A stretch of 64,000 bases of DNA. Origin: a virus. The position numbers and the translations under genes were made by a program. The stretch is taken from IMG/VR virus record IMGVR_UViG_3300028706_000553; one strand, 5' to 3'. This document shows, one piece after another, positions 39,405 to 49,105 of this stretch; position 1 is the stretch's first letter; each line of letters starts with the position of its first letter. The notes beneath the pieces were generated by a model. The model saw nothing but the letters and a program-made list of their open reading frames with translations, was not told the DNA's origin and made no database searches.

Positions 39405-40849
39405 AGCTAAGTAAAGTAGATGATGTACATATGTTTATTGATTGTGATGCTTCGCAGGCTGCAGAGCTAAACGACTACTTTACTTTTGAAATTCCAAATG
39501 CGAAATTTACTCCGTCATACAGAAATGGTTTCTGGGATGGAAAAATCAGATTGTTTGATGTTAGAAAAAGGCAACTGTACTATGGGTTATATGAATACGT
39601 TAAAAAGTTTTGTGAAACCGGAGACTATGAGTTACAAATTGACGAAGGTGTTACGGTCGGGGATCATAATTTTAGTGATATTGATTGCACTAGATATAGT
39701 GAACGGCTTAATTTAAACTTAACTCCGAGAGATTATCAATTACAAGCTGTTAGGCATTGTATTAATATGGATAGATGTTTACTTCTATCACCGACAGCAT
39801 CTGGTAAATCTTTCATAATATATTTGTTACTTAGGTATTTTAATACAAGAAGTTTAATAGTGGTACCAACTGTATCACTAGTACAACAAATGTATACCGA
39901 TTTTCAAGAATATAGTGATGATTGGAATGTTGAAGAACATTGTCATTTAATCACTGCTGGTACAGAAAAAGAAACCGATAAACAAGTTGTAATCTCTACA
40001 TGGCAATCTATCTATGCTTTGCCTAAAGATTACTTTAAAGAGTTCCGCTTTATGGTTGGCGATGAAGCACATTTATTTAAAGCAAAATCTTTAACCTCAG
40101 TAATGAGTAAGCTAAAAAACTGTCGTTGGAAGTTTGGAACTACTGGAACTTTAGATGATTCCCAAACTCATAAATTGATCCTTGAAGGGTTATTTGGTCC
40201 TGTTTTTCAAGTTACACAAACAAAAGATTTAATTGATGCAGGATACTTAGCTCAATTTAATATACAATGTATAGTATTCAGATATACACAAGAAGAAAAG
40301 TTATCAGCTAAAAAGTTTAATTACCAAGATGAGATTTCTTTCCTTATTAATCATGAAAAACGAAATAAATTCATTCGTAATCTTGCATGTGATCAAACAG
40401 GAAATACATTATTATTGTATCAATTCGTTGAAAAACATGGTGAAATATTATATAATATAATACAAGAAAAGGTAAATAAAGATAGAAAAGTATTTTTTGT
40501 TCATGGAGGAGTAGATGGATCAGACAGAGAAGAAATCAGAAGAATTACTGAACAAGAGCGAGATGCTATTATCATTGCAAGCTTTGGTACCTTTAGTACT
40601 GGTATTAATATTAGGAACCTTCACAATATCATTTTTGCTAGCCCTTCTAAATCTAAAATAAGGAACTTACAATCAATAGGTAGAGGGTTACGAAAAGGAA
40701 GTAAAAAAGAGGAAGCTACTTTGTATGATATTTCTGATGATTTGTCTTATAAAACGTATACTAATTATACACTCAAACATTTTAAAGAGAGAATTTCTCA
40801 ATATAATGAACAACAATTTAAATATCGTATGTTTCACATTGGAATCTAA
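39401..40849 (+). CDS. uvsW: SF2 DNA helicase UvsW
   Basis: WDGKIRLF, SPTASGKS, GDEAH, GTTGT, FSTGINIRNLHN, LQSIGRGLR. Confidence 0.96.
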   Translation: MKLSKVDDVHMFIDCDASQAAELNDYFTFEIPNAKFTPSYRNGFWDGKIRLFDVRKRQLYYGLYEYVKKFCETGDYELQIDEGVTVGDHNFSDIDCTRYSERLNLNLTPRDYQLQAVRHCINMDRCLLLSPTASGKSFIIYLLLRYFNTRSLIVVPTVSLVQQMYTDFQEYSDDWNVEEHCHLITAGTEKETDKQVVISTWQSIYALPKDYFKEFRFMVGDEAHLFKAKSLTSVMSKLKNCRWKFGTTGTLDDSQTHKLILEGLFGPVFQVTQTKDLIDAGYLAQFNIQCIVFRYTQEEKLSAKKFNYQDEISFLINHEKRNKFIRNLACDQTGNTLLLYQFVEKHGEILYNIIQEKVNKDRKVFFVHGGVDGSDREEIRRITEQERDAIIIASFGTFSTGINIRNLHNIIFASPSKSKIRNLQSIGRGLRKGSKKEEATLYDISDDLSYKTYTNYTLKHFKERISQYNEQQFKYRMFHIGI

Positions 40850-40881
40850 ATTATATATTCCTCTGTGGCAACAACATATTT

Positions 40882-40910
40882 ATTATAACATATCTAAATA
40901 AAAAAATCAA
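40882..40910 (-). promoter_or_regulatory. Sigma70-type promoter on the minus strand (TTGATT-17-TATAAT)
   Basis: Plus-strand ATTATA at 40882-40887 and AATCAA at 40905-40910, with a 17-nt spacer. Confidence 0.55.
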
Positions 40911-40934
40911 GGAAAAAATAAAAAAAATAAATCC

Positions 40935-40963
40935 TTGATTTTATTACAGAAATAGGGTATAAT
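40935..40963 (+). promoter_or_regulatory. Sigma70-type promoter (TTGATT-17-TATAAT)
   Basis: -35 at 40935-40940 and -10 at 40958-40963; A-rich UP-like tract upstream. Confidence 0.7.
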
Positions 40964-42268
40964 ATGTCATTAAAGAAAAAATCCATCGAAGTTTTATTTG
41001 AAGATGGTAGGATATTGTTGCCTAATAATAGGTGGACACCTTATCATCAATTAGAACACGAATATATTCATGAGAATAGTATTGATTCTACATTCAGAAA
41101 TACTGTTGATCTAGACTTATCTAAATGGGTCAGTGTTCTCGTAGATTATGGATATGGGGATATAGTTTGTAATTTAAATTATTGGTTATGGTTAAATGAA
41201 ATAAGACCTATTAAAATAAAGATTTTAATTGACATTACCCATGAGAAAAAAAGCTTTAATAATAAAGAATCTACAAAAGATAAAATTGAATATTTAATAC
41301 ACAAACAATGGCAATCAAATATTGAATATAAGTATGTTACAATACGAAGATCTTTTGGTAATATGTTAAGGACTTATAAAAGTGCATTCCGTGGTAAGGG
41401 ATTAATGAAACATACTGATAAGAATTACCGAAGAATGTGGCATAAGTATGTACCTGTTAATTTAGAACAATATTGGTTTACTCCTCTTTCAATGCAATTA
41501 GAATGGTTTCCAACAAAATCACAATGGGAAAATCCTAAAGAAAAAAAAGCAGTATTATATAGATATTCACCTCCTAGAGATTGGGATCTAATTACAAATT
41601 ATTCTTTTGCAAATATTGGTGATAAAATGATATCACAAGATGAAAAGGAAGTTAGTAAATATTGGTCTAATTTAGAGAAAGCTTTAAAGAAAGAAAAATA
41701 TAGTGTTGAATATCTTGATTATAATATGACACCGAATCAGTTATTTACAAAATTGTCTAAAGCTACAATGTTGATATCATCTAGAGGAGGCTTTTCATAC
41801 TTATCGCAGCACATTGGAACCCCCACAGTTACAATTTTTCCTCCTGCGAGTATGGTTCTTAATAGAAATTATAATGGACAACATGTTCAATTTCATAATA
41901 GATCAATTAAATTATTCGAACCAGAACATATTGCAAAAGTTGAAATTGATGAATTGGCTAAAAGAAGTACATTAGAAAAATCTACAGCGTATTGGAAACA
42001 AACAGTATATAATACTCTTGAAAAAATGCAAACATTAGAAAATGATGTTGGGTCATTTAATTCAGCTACATCAAAAGTTTACAGAGAAGCATTACGAAAA
42101 GACGCGAACGAAAAACCGAATGAAGATTTAAGTAAAATACTCCCTATTATTCAATCGAAAGAGAATGAAGATTGGGAAGGGAAAACTGTGAAATCAAGTA
42201 TTAAAAAAGCTTTAACCAAAAAACCTAAAAAGAAAAAAGTGAAGAAGGCAAGTGGCAAGAAAAACTAA
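40964..42268 (+). CDS. Hypothetical protein with possible GT-B glycosyltransferase C-terminal domain
   Basis: LSKATMLISSRGGFSYLSQHIGTPTVTIFP resembles the GT9/GT-B nucleotide-binding segment; Lys-rich tail; start uncertain because the ATG abuts the -10 box. Confidence 0.4.
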   Translation: MSLKKKSIEVLFEDGRILLPNNRWTPYHQLEHEYIHENSIDSTFRNTVDLDLSKWVSVLVDYGYGDIVCNLNYWLWLNEIRPIKIKILIDITHEKKSFNNKESTKDKIEYLIHKQWQSNIEYKYVTIRRSFGNMLRTYKSAFRGKGLMKHTDKNYRRMWHKYVPVNLEQYWFTPLSMQLEWFPTKSQWENPKEKKAVLYRYSPPRDWDLITNYSFANIGDKMISQDEKEVSKYWSNLEKALKKEKYSVEYLDYNMTPNQLFTKLSKATMLISSRGGFSYLSQHIGTPTVTIFPPASMVLNRNYNGQHVQFHNRSIKLFEPEHIAKVEIDELAKRSTLEKSTAYWKQTVYNTLEKMQTLENDVGSFNSATSKVYREALRKDANEKPNEDLSKILPIIQSKENEDWEGKTVKSSIKKALTKKPKKKKVKKASGKKN

Positions 42269-42395
42269 GGGTATTATTCATAGTATAAAGAAAGGTGTGA
42301 AAAAGAGAACTAGTATTGGTAAATCTCGACGTTCAACACCTAAAAATAAATCTAAAAAAGCTAACTTTAAAAAATATAGGGGGCAAGGAAAATAG
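42252..42395 (+). CDS. Small basic protein ending KKYRGQGK
   Basis: 47-aa GTG-start ORF missing from the track; motif common just upstream of g55 in T4-like phages. Confidence 0.55.
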   Translation: MARKTKGIIHSIKKGVKKRTSIGKSRRSTPKNKSKKANFKKYRGQGK

Positions 42396-42398
42396 ATT

Positions 42399-42989
42399 AT
42401 GGCTAGAAAGAAATCAATACATTATGTAGACAATAAAAAGTTCCATGAGGAAATGGTTGCTTATAAAACCCATTGTGCAGACGTGAAAAATGATGATCCT
42501 GAAGCATTAATTCCAATTATACCAGATTATATTGGTGATTGTTTTATGAAGATAGCGGAGAGATTGAGTTTAAGACCTAACTTCGTTAATTATGCATTCA
42601 GAGATGAAATGATATCAGATGGCATTGAAAATTGTGTTCAATCTGCTCATAATTTCAATCCAGAAAAATCATCCAACCCTTTTTCATATTTTACACAAAT
42701 CATTTACTTCGCCTTTATAAGACGTATTCAAAAAGAAAAGAAACAATTATACATAAAATATAAATCCATACATAATAATAGTATGATATCAGATAGTGTT
42801 TCAATTTCTGATCATGATAGTGAAGGAGCATATAATGTTGAAGTATTATCTGAAGAACAAAAGGCTAACATATATAAATTTGTAGGCGATTTTGAAGCTG
42901 CTAAAGCTTCTAAGAAAAAACAGACTCCTAAAACGGGGGCAAATACATTAATCCCACATATGGTAGAGGCTACTGAATCCACGTCATGA
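42399..42989 (+). CDS. gp55: Late-transcription sigma factor gp55
   Basis: HYVDNKKF, YIGDCFMKIAERLSLRPNFVNY, EMISDGIENC, SNPFSYFTQIIYFAFIRRIQKEKKQ. Confidence 0.96.
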   Translation: MARKKSIHYVDNKKFHEEMVAYKTHCADVKNDDPEALIPIIPDYIGDCFMKIAERLSLRPNFVNYAFRDEMISDGIENCVQSAHNFNPEKSSNPFSYFTQIIYFAFIRRIQKEKKQLYIKYKSIHNNSMISDSVSISDHDSEGAYNVEVLSEEQKANIYKFVGDFEAAKASKKKQTPKTGANTLIPHMVEATESTS

Positions 42990-44029
42990 GATCAGCTATT
43001 ATAACCGATACTCATTTCGGTGCCAGAAACGACAGCTTAGCATTTAGTACATATTTTGCTAAGTTTTATAAAGATATATTTTTCCCTTATTTAAAAAATC
43101 ATAATATAACACACGTTATTCATATGGGTGACGTATTTGATAGACGAAAGTTTGTTAATTATAAGACGTTATATGATGCACGTAGATTTTTCTTCGATCC
43201 TTTAAAGGAAAATAATATTGAATGTTGGATGTTAGCGGGTAATCACGATACCTTTTATAAAACAACAAATGAGGTAAATTCAGTAAGTTTACTATTAAAA
43301 GATTATAATAATATTCAAGTTTTTCACAATGCTACTGAAATGGAAAATTGTGTTTTAATGCCTTGGGTATGCAATGATAATTATGAAGAAAGTATTAAGA
43401 TAATAAAAAACACTAAACACGATTTAATGTTTGGTCATCTTGAGATTATTGGTTTTGAAATGATACCAGGACAATTTAGTCCAGAAGGATTAGATCGCAA
43501 ATTATTTAATAAATTTGATATGGTGTTTAGTGGGCACTTTCATCATAAAAGCGATAATGGAACTGTTTATTACACAGGAAATCCTTATCAAACTAATTGG
43601 TTAGATTATAAGGATCCGCGCGGGTTCCATATTTTCGATTTCGATTCGAGAGAATTAACGTTCATTCAAAATCCATATGAAATGTTTCATAAATTTCATT
43701 ATAATGATATGGAATGGACTAATGAAGAAGTTAATCAAATGGATTTTGATGATTGGCAACAATGTTATGTAAAGATTATTGTTGAGAATAAAACAAATCC
43801 ATTTCTTTTTGATATTATTTTAGACAAGATGTATAAGTCCGGAGTTGGTAATATTAGCGTGGTTGAAGCATTCGCAGAGCTTGATAACGATGTTGATATT
43901 ATTGATGAAGCACAAGATACAATATCAATTTTATCCACATATATTGAAGGGTTGGAAACAAGGGTCAATAAAAAAAGCCTTGACATTTTGATGAGAAACC
44001 TGTATAATGAATCATTAACCTTAGAGTAG
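42986..44029 (+). CDS. gp47: Recombination endonuclease gp47 (Mre11/SbcD-like)
   Basis: ITDTHFGAR, HMGDVFDRRK, GNHD, FGHLE, FSGHFH. Confidence 0.96.
   Translation: MRSAIITDTHFGARNDSLAFSTYFAKFYKDIFFPYLKNHNITHVIHMGDVFDRRKFVNYKTLYDARRFFFDPLKENNIECWMLAGNHDTFYKTTNEVNSVSLLLKDYNNIQVFHNATEMENCVLMPWVCNDNYEESIKIIKNTKHDLMFGHLEIIGFEMIPGQFSPEGLDRKLFNKFDMVFSGHFHHKSDNGTVYYTGNPYQTNWLDYKDPRGFHIFDFDSRELTFIQNPYEMFHKFHYNDMEWTNEEVNQMDFDDWQQCYVKIIVENKTNPFLFDIILDKMYKSGVGNISVVEAFAELDNDVDIIDEAQDTISILSTYIEGLETRVNKKSLDILMRNLYNESLTLE
43980..44008 (+). promoter_or_regulatory. Perfect sigma70 consensus promoter TTGACA-17-TATAAT inside the 3' end of g47
   Basis: -35 at 43980-43985 and -10 at 44003-44008, 22 nt upstream of the 44031 ATG. 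Confidence 0.75.
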
Positions 44030-44030
44030 T

Positions 44031-44342
44031 ATGAGTGACAACGCATCCTGGTTTTATGGTGAGCGTTTACCTGAAATAGCCAGAGAACATAATTGTTCGT
44101 TGAAAGAAGCAGAGAGAATATTTAGAGACGAGAAAGACATGTCAACCCCCGAAGAAACAAAATATGAAGAAGTTGAAATTGAATTAGAAAAAGAAGTTTT
44201 ACACAATTTAATGTTAATGGCACATGAACGTGATATTTCATTAAATAAATTAATTGGTATAGCATTAGAAGATCAAATAAAACAATTCGAATACAAATTT
44301 GAACATGGTCCAAGCCCGCAATTTTTAGCTGAAAATAAATGA
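44031..44342 (+). CDS. Hypothetical protein, possible ribbon-helix-helix DNA-binding domain
   Basis: EIELEKEVLHNLMLMAHERDISLNKLIGIAL. Confidence 0.45.
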   Translation: MSDNASWFYGERLPEIAREHNCSLKEAERIFRDEKDMSTPEETKYEEVEIELEKEVLHNLMLMAHERDISLNKLIGIALEDQIKQFEYKFEHGPSPQFLAENK

Positions 44343-46051
44343 TTCTATTTAAAAATGTTCGTTACAAGAACTTTTTAAGTAGCGGAAATATATTTACAGA
44401 TATACAACTGGACAGGTCTAAAACGACCTTAATTACAGGTGAGAATGGTGCTGGTAAAAGTACTATGCTGGATGCAATAACATTCAGTCTATTCGGTAGA
44501 CCATTTCGTAAAGTTAATAAGCCTCAATTAGTAAATTCTATCAACGAAAAATCAACTGTTGTTGAGGCGGAATTTATGATTGGGAAAAAACATATATTAG
44601 TTCGTAGAGGAATAAGACCCAACTTATTTGAGATTGAAGTTGATGGAGTTCAGCTACAACAAGATGCTAATATAAGAGATTTTCAAGAGTTTTTAGAAAA
44701 GAGTATTCTAAAGTTAAATTATAAGTCATTCACTCAGATTATAATTTTAGGAAACTCTTCTTTTGTCCCCTTCATGCAATTGAGAGCTCATGATCGAAGA
44801 GCTATTATAGAGGACCTTTTAGATATTCAAATATTTTCATCCATGAGTAATGTGTTAAAGACATATGTGGCTGAAAATAAAGTAAAGTTAGATGATAATC
44901 GATCCACAAAAGATTTAGTTGAAAATAAAATTAGCTTAAAAGATGACTATATAACTCAATTAAAGAATAAAACAAAAAATTTAGTTACAAGATTTGAAAA
45001 AGAAATTAAATCCAATTTAGATCAAAAGACATCTCTTTTAACAGAGATGGATGAAACAAATAATAAGGTCCAAGAGCTTTTAGGACAAGTAAACGATGCA
45101 AAACAGGTAAGCGAAAAACATGATAAACTTACAGAATATCAACGTTCCATTCTCCGAAATGTTGATTCCGAACAAAAGAATATCACCTTCTTTGAGTCAA
45201 ACGATGACTGTCCGACATGTAAGCAGAACATCGACCACGCCTTCAAACACAAGGAAATTGTTCAAAAGCAAGAAAAGATCAAAGAATATGAAAACGCAGT
45301 GTCAGAAATTGACGACAAATTGGATGAAGTTAGATCAAGACTTCAAGCAATACAATCAATCCAAGAAGATATACAGTCTCACCAAACTAAAACACAGACA
45401 CTCAATAATAGTATAAGTGCAATTAATCAGTATGTTGATAAAATTGAAAAACAGATACAGGAAACAGAACAGGATACTGGTGATATAAAAGAGGAGAAGA
45501 AAAAATTAAAAGAATTTCAAAAAGAATTAGATGATATTCAAGAAAAAAGAGAAACACTTATAGATGATAATGAGTTATATTCTGTGGCTAGGAATATTTT
45601 AAAAGATGAAGGTATTAAAGCAAGAATAGTTAAACAATATTTGCCAATCATGAATAAATTGATTAACAAATATTTGACTCAAATGAATTTCTTTGTATCT
45701 TTTAATTTAGATGAAAATTTCAATGAAGAAATTAAATCAAGATATAGAGATGATTTTACGTATGATTCTTTCAGTGAAGGAGAGAAGATGCGAATTGATT
45801 TAGCATTATTGTTTACATGGAGAGCAATAGCTAAATTAAAAAACTCTGTCAATACAAATTTATTAATATTAGATGAAGTATTTGATAGTTCCTTAGATGG
45901 CGAAGGTACAGATGAATTTATGAAGATAGTAAATGAACAAGGAAGTTCTACAAATGTGTTTGTTATTAGTCATAAAGGTGATACATTATATGATAAGTTT
46001 AGAGTTCATATGAGATTTGAGAAACGTAAAAATTTTAGTGTAATAATATGA
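44339..46051 (+). CDS. gp46: Recombination ATPase gp46 (Rad50/SbcC-like)
   Basis: GENGAGKS Walker A, CPTCKQ zinc hook, FSEGEKMRIDL signature, LILDEVFD Walker B, coiled coils. Confidence 0.97.
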   Translation: MILFKNVRYKNFLSSGNIFTDIQLDRSKTTLITGENGAGKSTMLDAITFSLFGRPFRKVNKPQLVNSINEKSTVVEAEFMIGKKHILVRRGIRPNLFEIEVDGVQLQQDANIRDFQEFLEKSILKLNYKSFTQIIILGNSSFVPFMQLRAHDRRAIIEDLLDIQIFSSMSNVLKTYVAENKVKLDDNRSTKDLVENKISLKDDYITQLKNKTKNLVTRFEKEIKSNLDQKTSLLTEMDETNNKVQELLGQVNDAKQVSEKHDKLTEYQRSILRNVDSEQKNITFFESNDDCPTCKQNIDHAFKHKEIVQKQEKIKEYENAVSEIDDKLDEVRSRLQAIQSIQEDIQSHQTKTQTLNNSISAINQYVDKIEKQIQETEQDTGDIKEEKKKLKEFQKELDDIQEKRETLIDDNELYSVARNILKDEGIKARIVKQYLPIMNKLINKYLTQMNFFVSFNLDENFNEEIKSRYRDDFTYDSFSEGEKMRIDLALLFTWRAIAKLKNSVNTNLLILDEVFDSSLDGEGTDEFMKIVNEQGSSTNVFVISHKGDTLYDKFRVHMRFEKRKNFSVII

Positions 46052-46617
46052 GAGAATTAGTCCCAGAAGAACATAATTTACTTAACCAAGAAACCATTCC
46101 ATTTAGCCGACTGGCTCCTCCAATGGATGCTCGTCAACTTCAAGATGAATTGATTGAAGGTATGTATCACTATAATGGTGTGGGATTATCAGCAAATCAA
46201 ATAGGATACAAATATAAAGTATTTTCAATGAATCATGAAGGCCAATCAATGGCGTTATTTAATCCAGAAATAATAGAAGTATCCGATGAATTAGTTTATG
46301 AAACAGAAGGATGTTTGAGTTATCCAGGATTATATGTTAAAATATTAAGACCGAAAAGTTTATCAGCGTCATGGGAAGATGCATCAGGTGAGAATTTTTC
46401 AGGTTATTTTTCAGATCTTTCAGCACGCATTTTCCTACATGAAATGGACCATATGGAAGGTAATATATATTATGAGAGAGCCAAAGTTGTTCATTTACAA
46501 AGTGCTAGAAGAAAACGTAGGACTAATCTTAAAGCTTTAAAACAGCAGAGCCCCGAATTATGGCAAAGTCATATAAACAACAAAAAACTAAAGAAAAATT
46601 TAGTAAAGATATCTTAG
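46048..46617 (+). CDS. def: Peptide deformylase
   Basis: GVGLSANQIG, EGCLSYPG, HEMDHMEG. Confidence 0.93.
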   Translation: MRELVPEEHNLLNQETIPFSRLAPPMDARQLQDELIEGMYHYNGVGLSANQIGYKYKVFSMNHEGQSMALFNPEIIEVSDELVYETEGCLSYPGLYVKILRPKSLSASWEDASGENFSGYFSDLSARIFLHEMDHMEGNIYYERAKVVHLQSARRKRRTNLKALKQQSPELWQSHINNKKLKKNLVKIS

Positions 46618-46736
46618 ATAAACAATCTAAGAAACAACGGCGATTCGGTAAAGAATTAGCTGATAATTATGTCATCGATTGGAAAGACGATGAACTCGAA
46701 GAAGAGGAATATGAGTACAATAACACTAGAGAATAA
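46560..46736 (+). CDS. Small hypothetical protein overlapping def and queD
   Basis: 58-aa ORF MAKSYKQQK...EEEEYEYNNTRE, missing from the track. Confidence 0.4.
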   Translation: MAKSYKQQKTKEKFSKDILDKQSKKQRRFGKELADNYVIDWKDDELEEEEYEYNNTRE

Positions 46737-47244
46737 TCAACCTAGAACATATAAGTATAATAGTACGAAGGAATATGTAGATAAATTTCCAGTTGCTTAT
46801 CGACAATGGAAAGCAGATAGTCATTGTAATGTCATTCATGGCTACAGTTTTAGTATGAGATTCTTTTTTGGTACAGATCATTTAGATGTTAGAAATTGGG
46901 TGGCAGATTATGGTGGCATGGGAGAACTTAAACAATTTTTAGATGAACAGTTTGATCATACGTTGTTAGTAGCAGAAGACGATCCACATATTGATTGGTA
47001 TAAGGAAGCAAAGAAAAAAGGTATTGCAAATGTTATTACATTACCTAAACTCGGATGTGAGGGTTTAGCAGATCAATTATACAAATATGTAAACGGTATA
47101 TTCATTCCAGATATGTGGGGTCCAGGTGAAGCAGATAGGCTTTGGTGTTTTAGAGTAGAAGTACGAGAAACACAAACTAATATGGCTTGGCGCGAAGGAC
47201 ACAGAGAATGGGGTGAAGATTTATTTAACATAGATGAAGGATAA
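46711..47244 (+). CDS. queD: 6-carboxy-tetrahydropterin synthase QueD-like
   Basis: CNVIHGYS, DYGG, FDHTLL, GCEGLA, EVRET; start at ATG 46711 with GAGGA SD. Confidence 0.85.
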   Translation: MSTITLENNQPRTYKYNSTKEYVDKFPVAYRQWKADSHCNVIHGYSFSMRFFFGTDHLDVRNWVADYGGMGELKQFLDEQFDHTLLVAEDDPHIDWYKEAKKKGIANVITLPKLGCEGLADQLYKYVNGIFIPDMWGPGEADRLWCFRVEVRETQTNMAWREGHREWGEDLFNIDEG

Positions 47245-47246
47245 CA

Positions 47247-47465
47247 ATGGAAACAAGAGTAGCAAAAGAAGATTATAGTACTTGTGGTAGTATGGAAGTT
47301 AAAGAGTGTGTAAATGAATGTGTTGAACCAATATGTTATGTGCGAGATTTACGAGAAGCGGTTTCTGGCACGGGTGTTGAATCAATGGTGGAAATGGCAT
47401 TAGAGGAACATTGGTTTACAGCATATAATGTTGGAATAAAAGATTGGCCTTTACTTCAAGGATAA
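47247..47465 (+). CDS. Hypothetical protein
   Basis: 72 aa, Cys-containing, between queD and queE. Confidence 0.45.
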   Translation: METRVAKEDYSTCGSMEVKECVNECVEPICYVRDLREAVSGTGVESMVEMALEEHWFTAYNVGIKDWPLLQG

Positions 47466-47473
47466 AAGGTAAC

Positions 47474-48325
47474 ATGTCAAAATTAAGATATTCTGAAATG
47501 TTTTATAGCGTTCAGGGTGAAGGTAAGTTTATAGGAGTACCAAGTGTCTTTTTAAGATTATATGGTTGTAATTTTGAATGTCCAGGTTTCGGTCAGGAAA
47601 GAGGTATACCTCTTCTTCCACGTGATGATATGCCTTGGAAGAATCTTGATATTAGTAAATATAAATCTGTACAAGAATTACCAGTTATGCATATTGGATG
47701 TGATAGTTCAGCTAGCTGGGCTAAAGAATATATGCATCTTTCTGTGTTTGAACAAGCTGATGATATAGCTGAAAAATTATTAGAGTTAACTCCCAATAAT
47801 AGTTGGGATAATGATGGCCAAGATATTCATTTAATATTAACTGGCGGTGAACCACTAATGTGGCAAAAACAATTACCAGATTTATTAAATGCTCCAGCTA
47901 TGAAAGGGCTTAGAAATATTACATTTGAGACTAATAGTACATTTCCACTCACCGAAGATTTTTATCAATGTTTAATGAGAAAGAGTTCTGTTGATGTAAC
48001 ATGGTCTTGCAGTCCTAAATTAAGTATTAGTGGAGAGGAACATGAAAAAGCAATTAAACCAGAGAATTGGGATCAATATAGTACAATAGCTCACAGTAAT
48101 CTTTATTTAAAATTTGTTGTTCAAGATGAAGAAGATTTAAATGAAATAGCAGATATACAACATCGAGAACAATTAAAATACGATATATATTGCATGCCTT
48201 GTGGAGGGACTAGTGAAATGCTAGCTAAAACAAAATTCAATATTGCTGAAAAAGCTATGGCAAGAGGGTGGAGATATTCGCCCAGATTACATGTAGATTT
48301 ATTTGGTAATAGGTGGGGCACATGA
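47474..48325 (+). CDS. queE: 7-carboxy-7-deazaguanine synthase QueE-like radical SAM enzyme
   Basis: EMFYSVQGEG, FLRLYGCNFEC...GCDS, LTGGEP, FETNST, SPKL, YSPRLHVDLFG. Confidence 0.88.
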   Translation: MSKLRYSEMFYSVQGEGKFIGVPSVFLRLYGCNFECPGFGQERGIPLLPRDDMPWKNLDISKYKSVQELPVMHIGCDSSASWAKEYMHLSVFEQADDIAEKLLELTPNNSWDNDGQDIHLILTGGEPLMWQKQLPDLLNAPAMKGLRNITFETNSTFPLTEDFYQCLMRKSSVDVTWSCSPKLSISGEEHEKAIKPENWDQYSTIAHSNLYLKFVVQDEEDLNEIADIQHREQLKYDIYCMPCGGTSEMLAKTKFNIAEKAMARGWRYSPRLHVDLFGNRWGT

Positions 48326-49069
48326 ATGAAAATTTATGTTAGTGGTCCTGGTGTTTCTATAGCGGCCAGAGGAATAGGTTTAGAACGATATACATATTGG
48401 TCTAAACGTTCTGAGATGGAAGAAAACGGATCTGGAACAGGAGAGGATTTGTTTAATTATTCTTGGAATATATCAGATCGCGATAGAATGAATGTTCCAG
48501 AAGACGTAGATTTTTTAGAAGATAAAGCATGGAATGATCCTGGAAATTGGGTTATAAATGCATGCAATTATGAATTAGCTGATATATGCATAGAAGATGG
48601 TGGTGTAGTTAATAGATATCGACCACATGATATTCCTCACGTAAAACATGTATTAGTAAAGTTTAAGCCCCAATTACGTCCGAAAGGATGGGATCTGCCC
48701 GGACAGCAAGCTGCTGCTCCTCCTCTCAATCATCATACCCACCGTTATTTTTTCTATACAGGCTTTTCATCTGAAAGCGGTTATTGGCAACATAAACAAT
48801 ATAATAACTCAATACCTCTTGAAAAGTTTAGGTTACAAATAATAGAGGTCTCAAACAGAAATTGGATCGTAGGTCTGGAAACAACACAAGAATATAGTCA
48901 TGTTATATCCAAAGAAATGTGTGTAAATAGACTTCCTGTTAGAAATCGTGTATTCTTAGAAGACTGGATGAAGGCAACCAACTTACCTTTAGACTATGAT
49001 ATGTTTACAGGTAATCACAAGAGAGATTGTTCTAATTTTAAAATTCATAATAGATATTTTTGGGAATAG
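48326..49069 (+). CDS. Hypothetical protein abutting queE
   Basis: 247 aa; no recognisable motif. Confidence 0.55.
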   Translation: MKIYVSGPGVSIAARGIGLERYTYWSKRSEMEENGSGTGEDLFNYSWNISDRDRMNVPEDVDFLEDKAWNDPGNWVINACNYELADICIEDGGVVNRYRPHDIPHVKHVLVKFKPQLRPKGWDLPGQQAAAPPLNHHTHRYFFYTGFSSESGYWQHKQYNNSIPLEKFRLQIIEVSNRNWIVGLETTQEYSHVISKEMCVNRLPVRNRVFLEDWMKATNLPLDYDMFTGNHKRDCSNFKIHNRYFWE

Positions 49070-49078
49070 ATAAGGTAT

Positions 49079-49086
49079 TATAAATA
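49079..49086 (+). promoter_or_regulatory. T4 late promoter TATAAATA (second fibre module)
   Basis: Exact consensus upstream of 49106, which has an AGGAG SD. Confidence 0.8.
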
Positions 49087-49105
49087 GTACATTAGGAGAA
49101 ATTAT

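Noticed and set aside
27384-46051. Inteins or introns in terminase, UvsW, gp46 or gp47
   Set aside because: Lengths and motif spacing are normal, with no Hint signatures.
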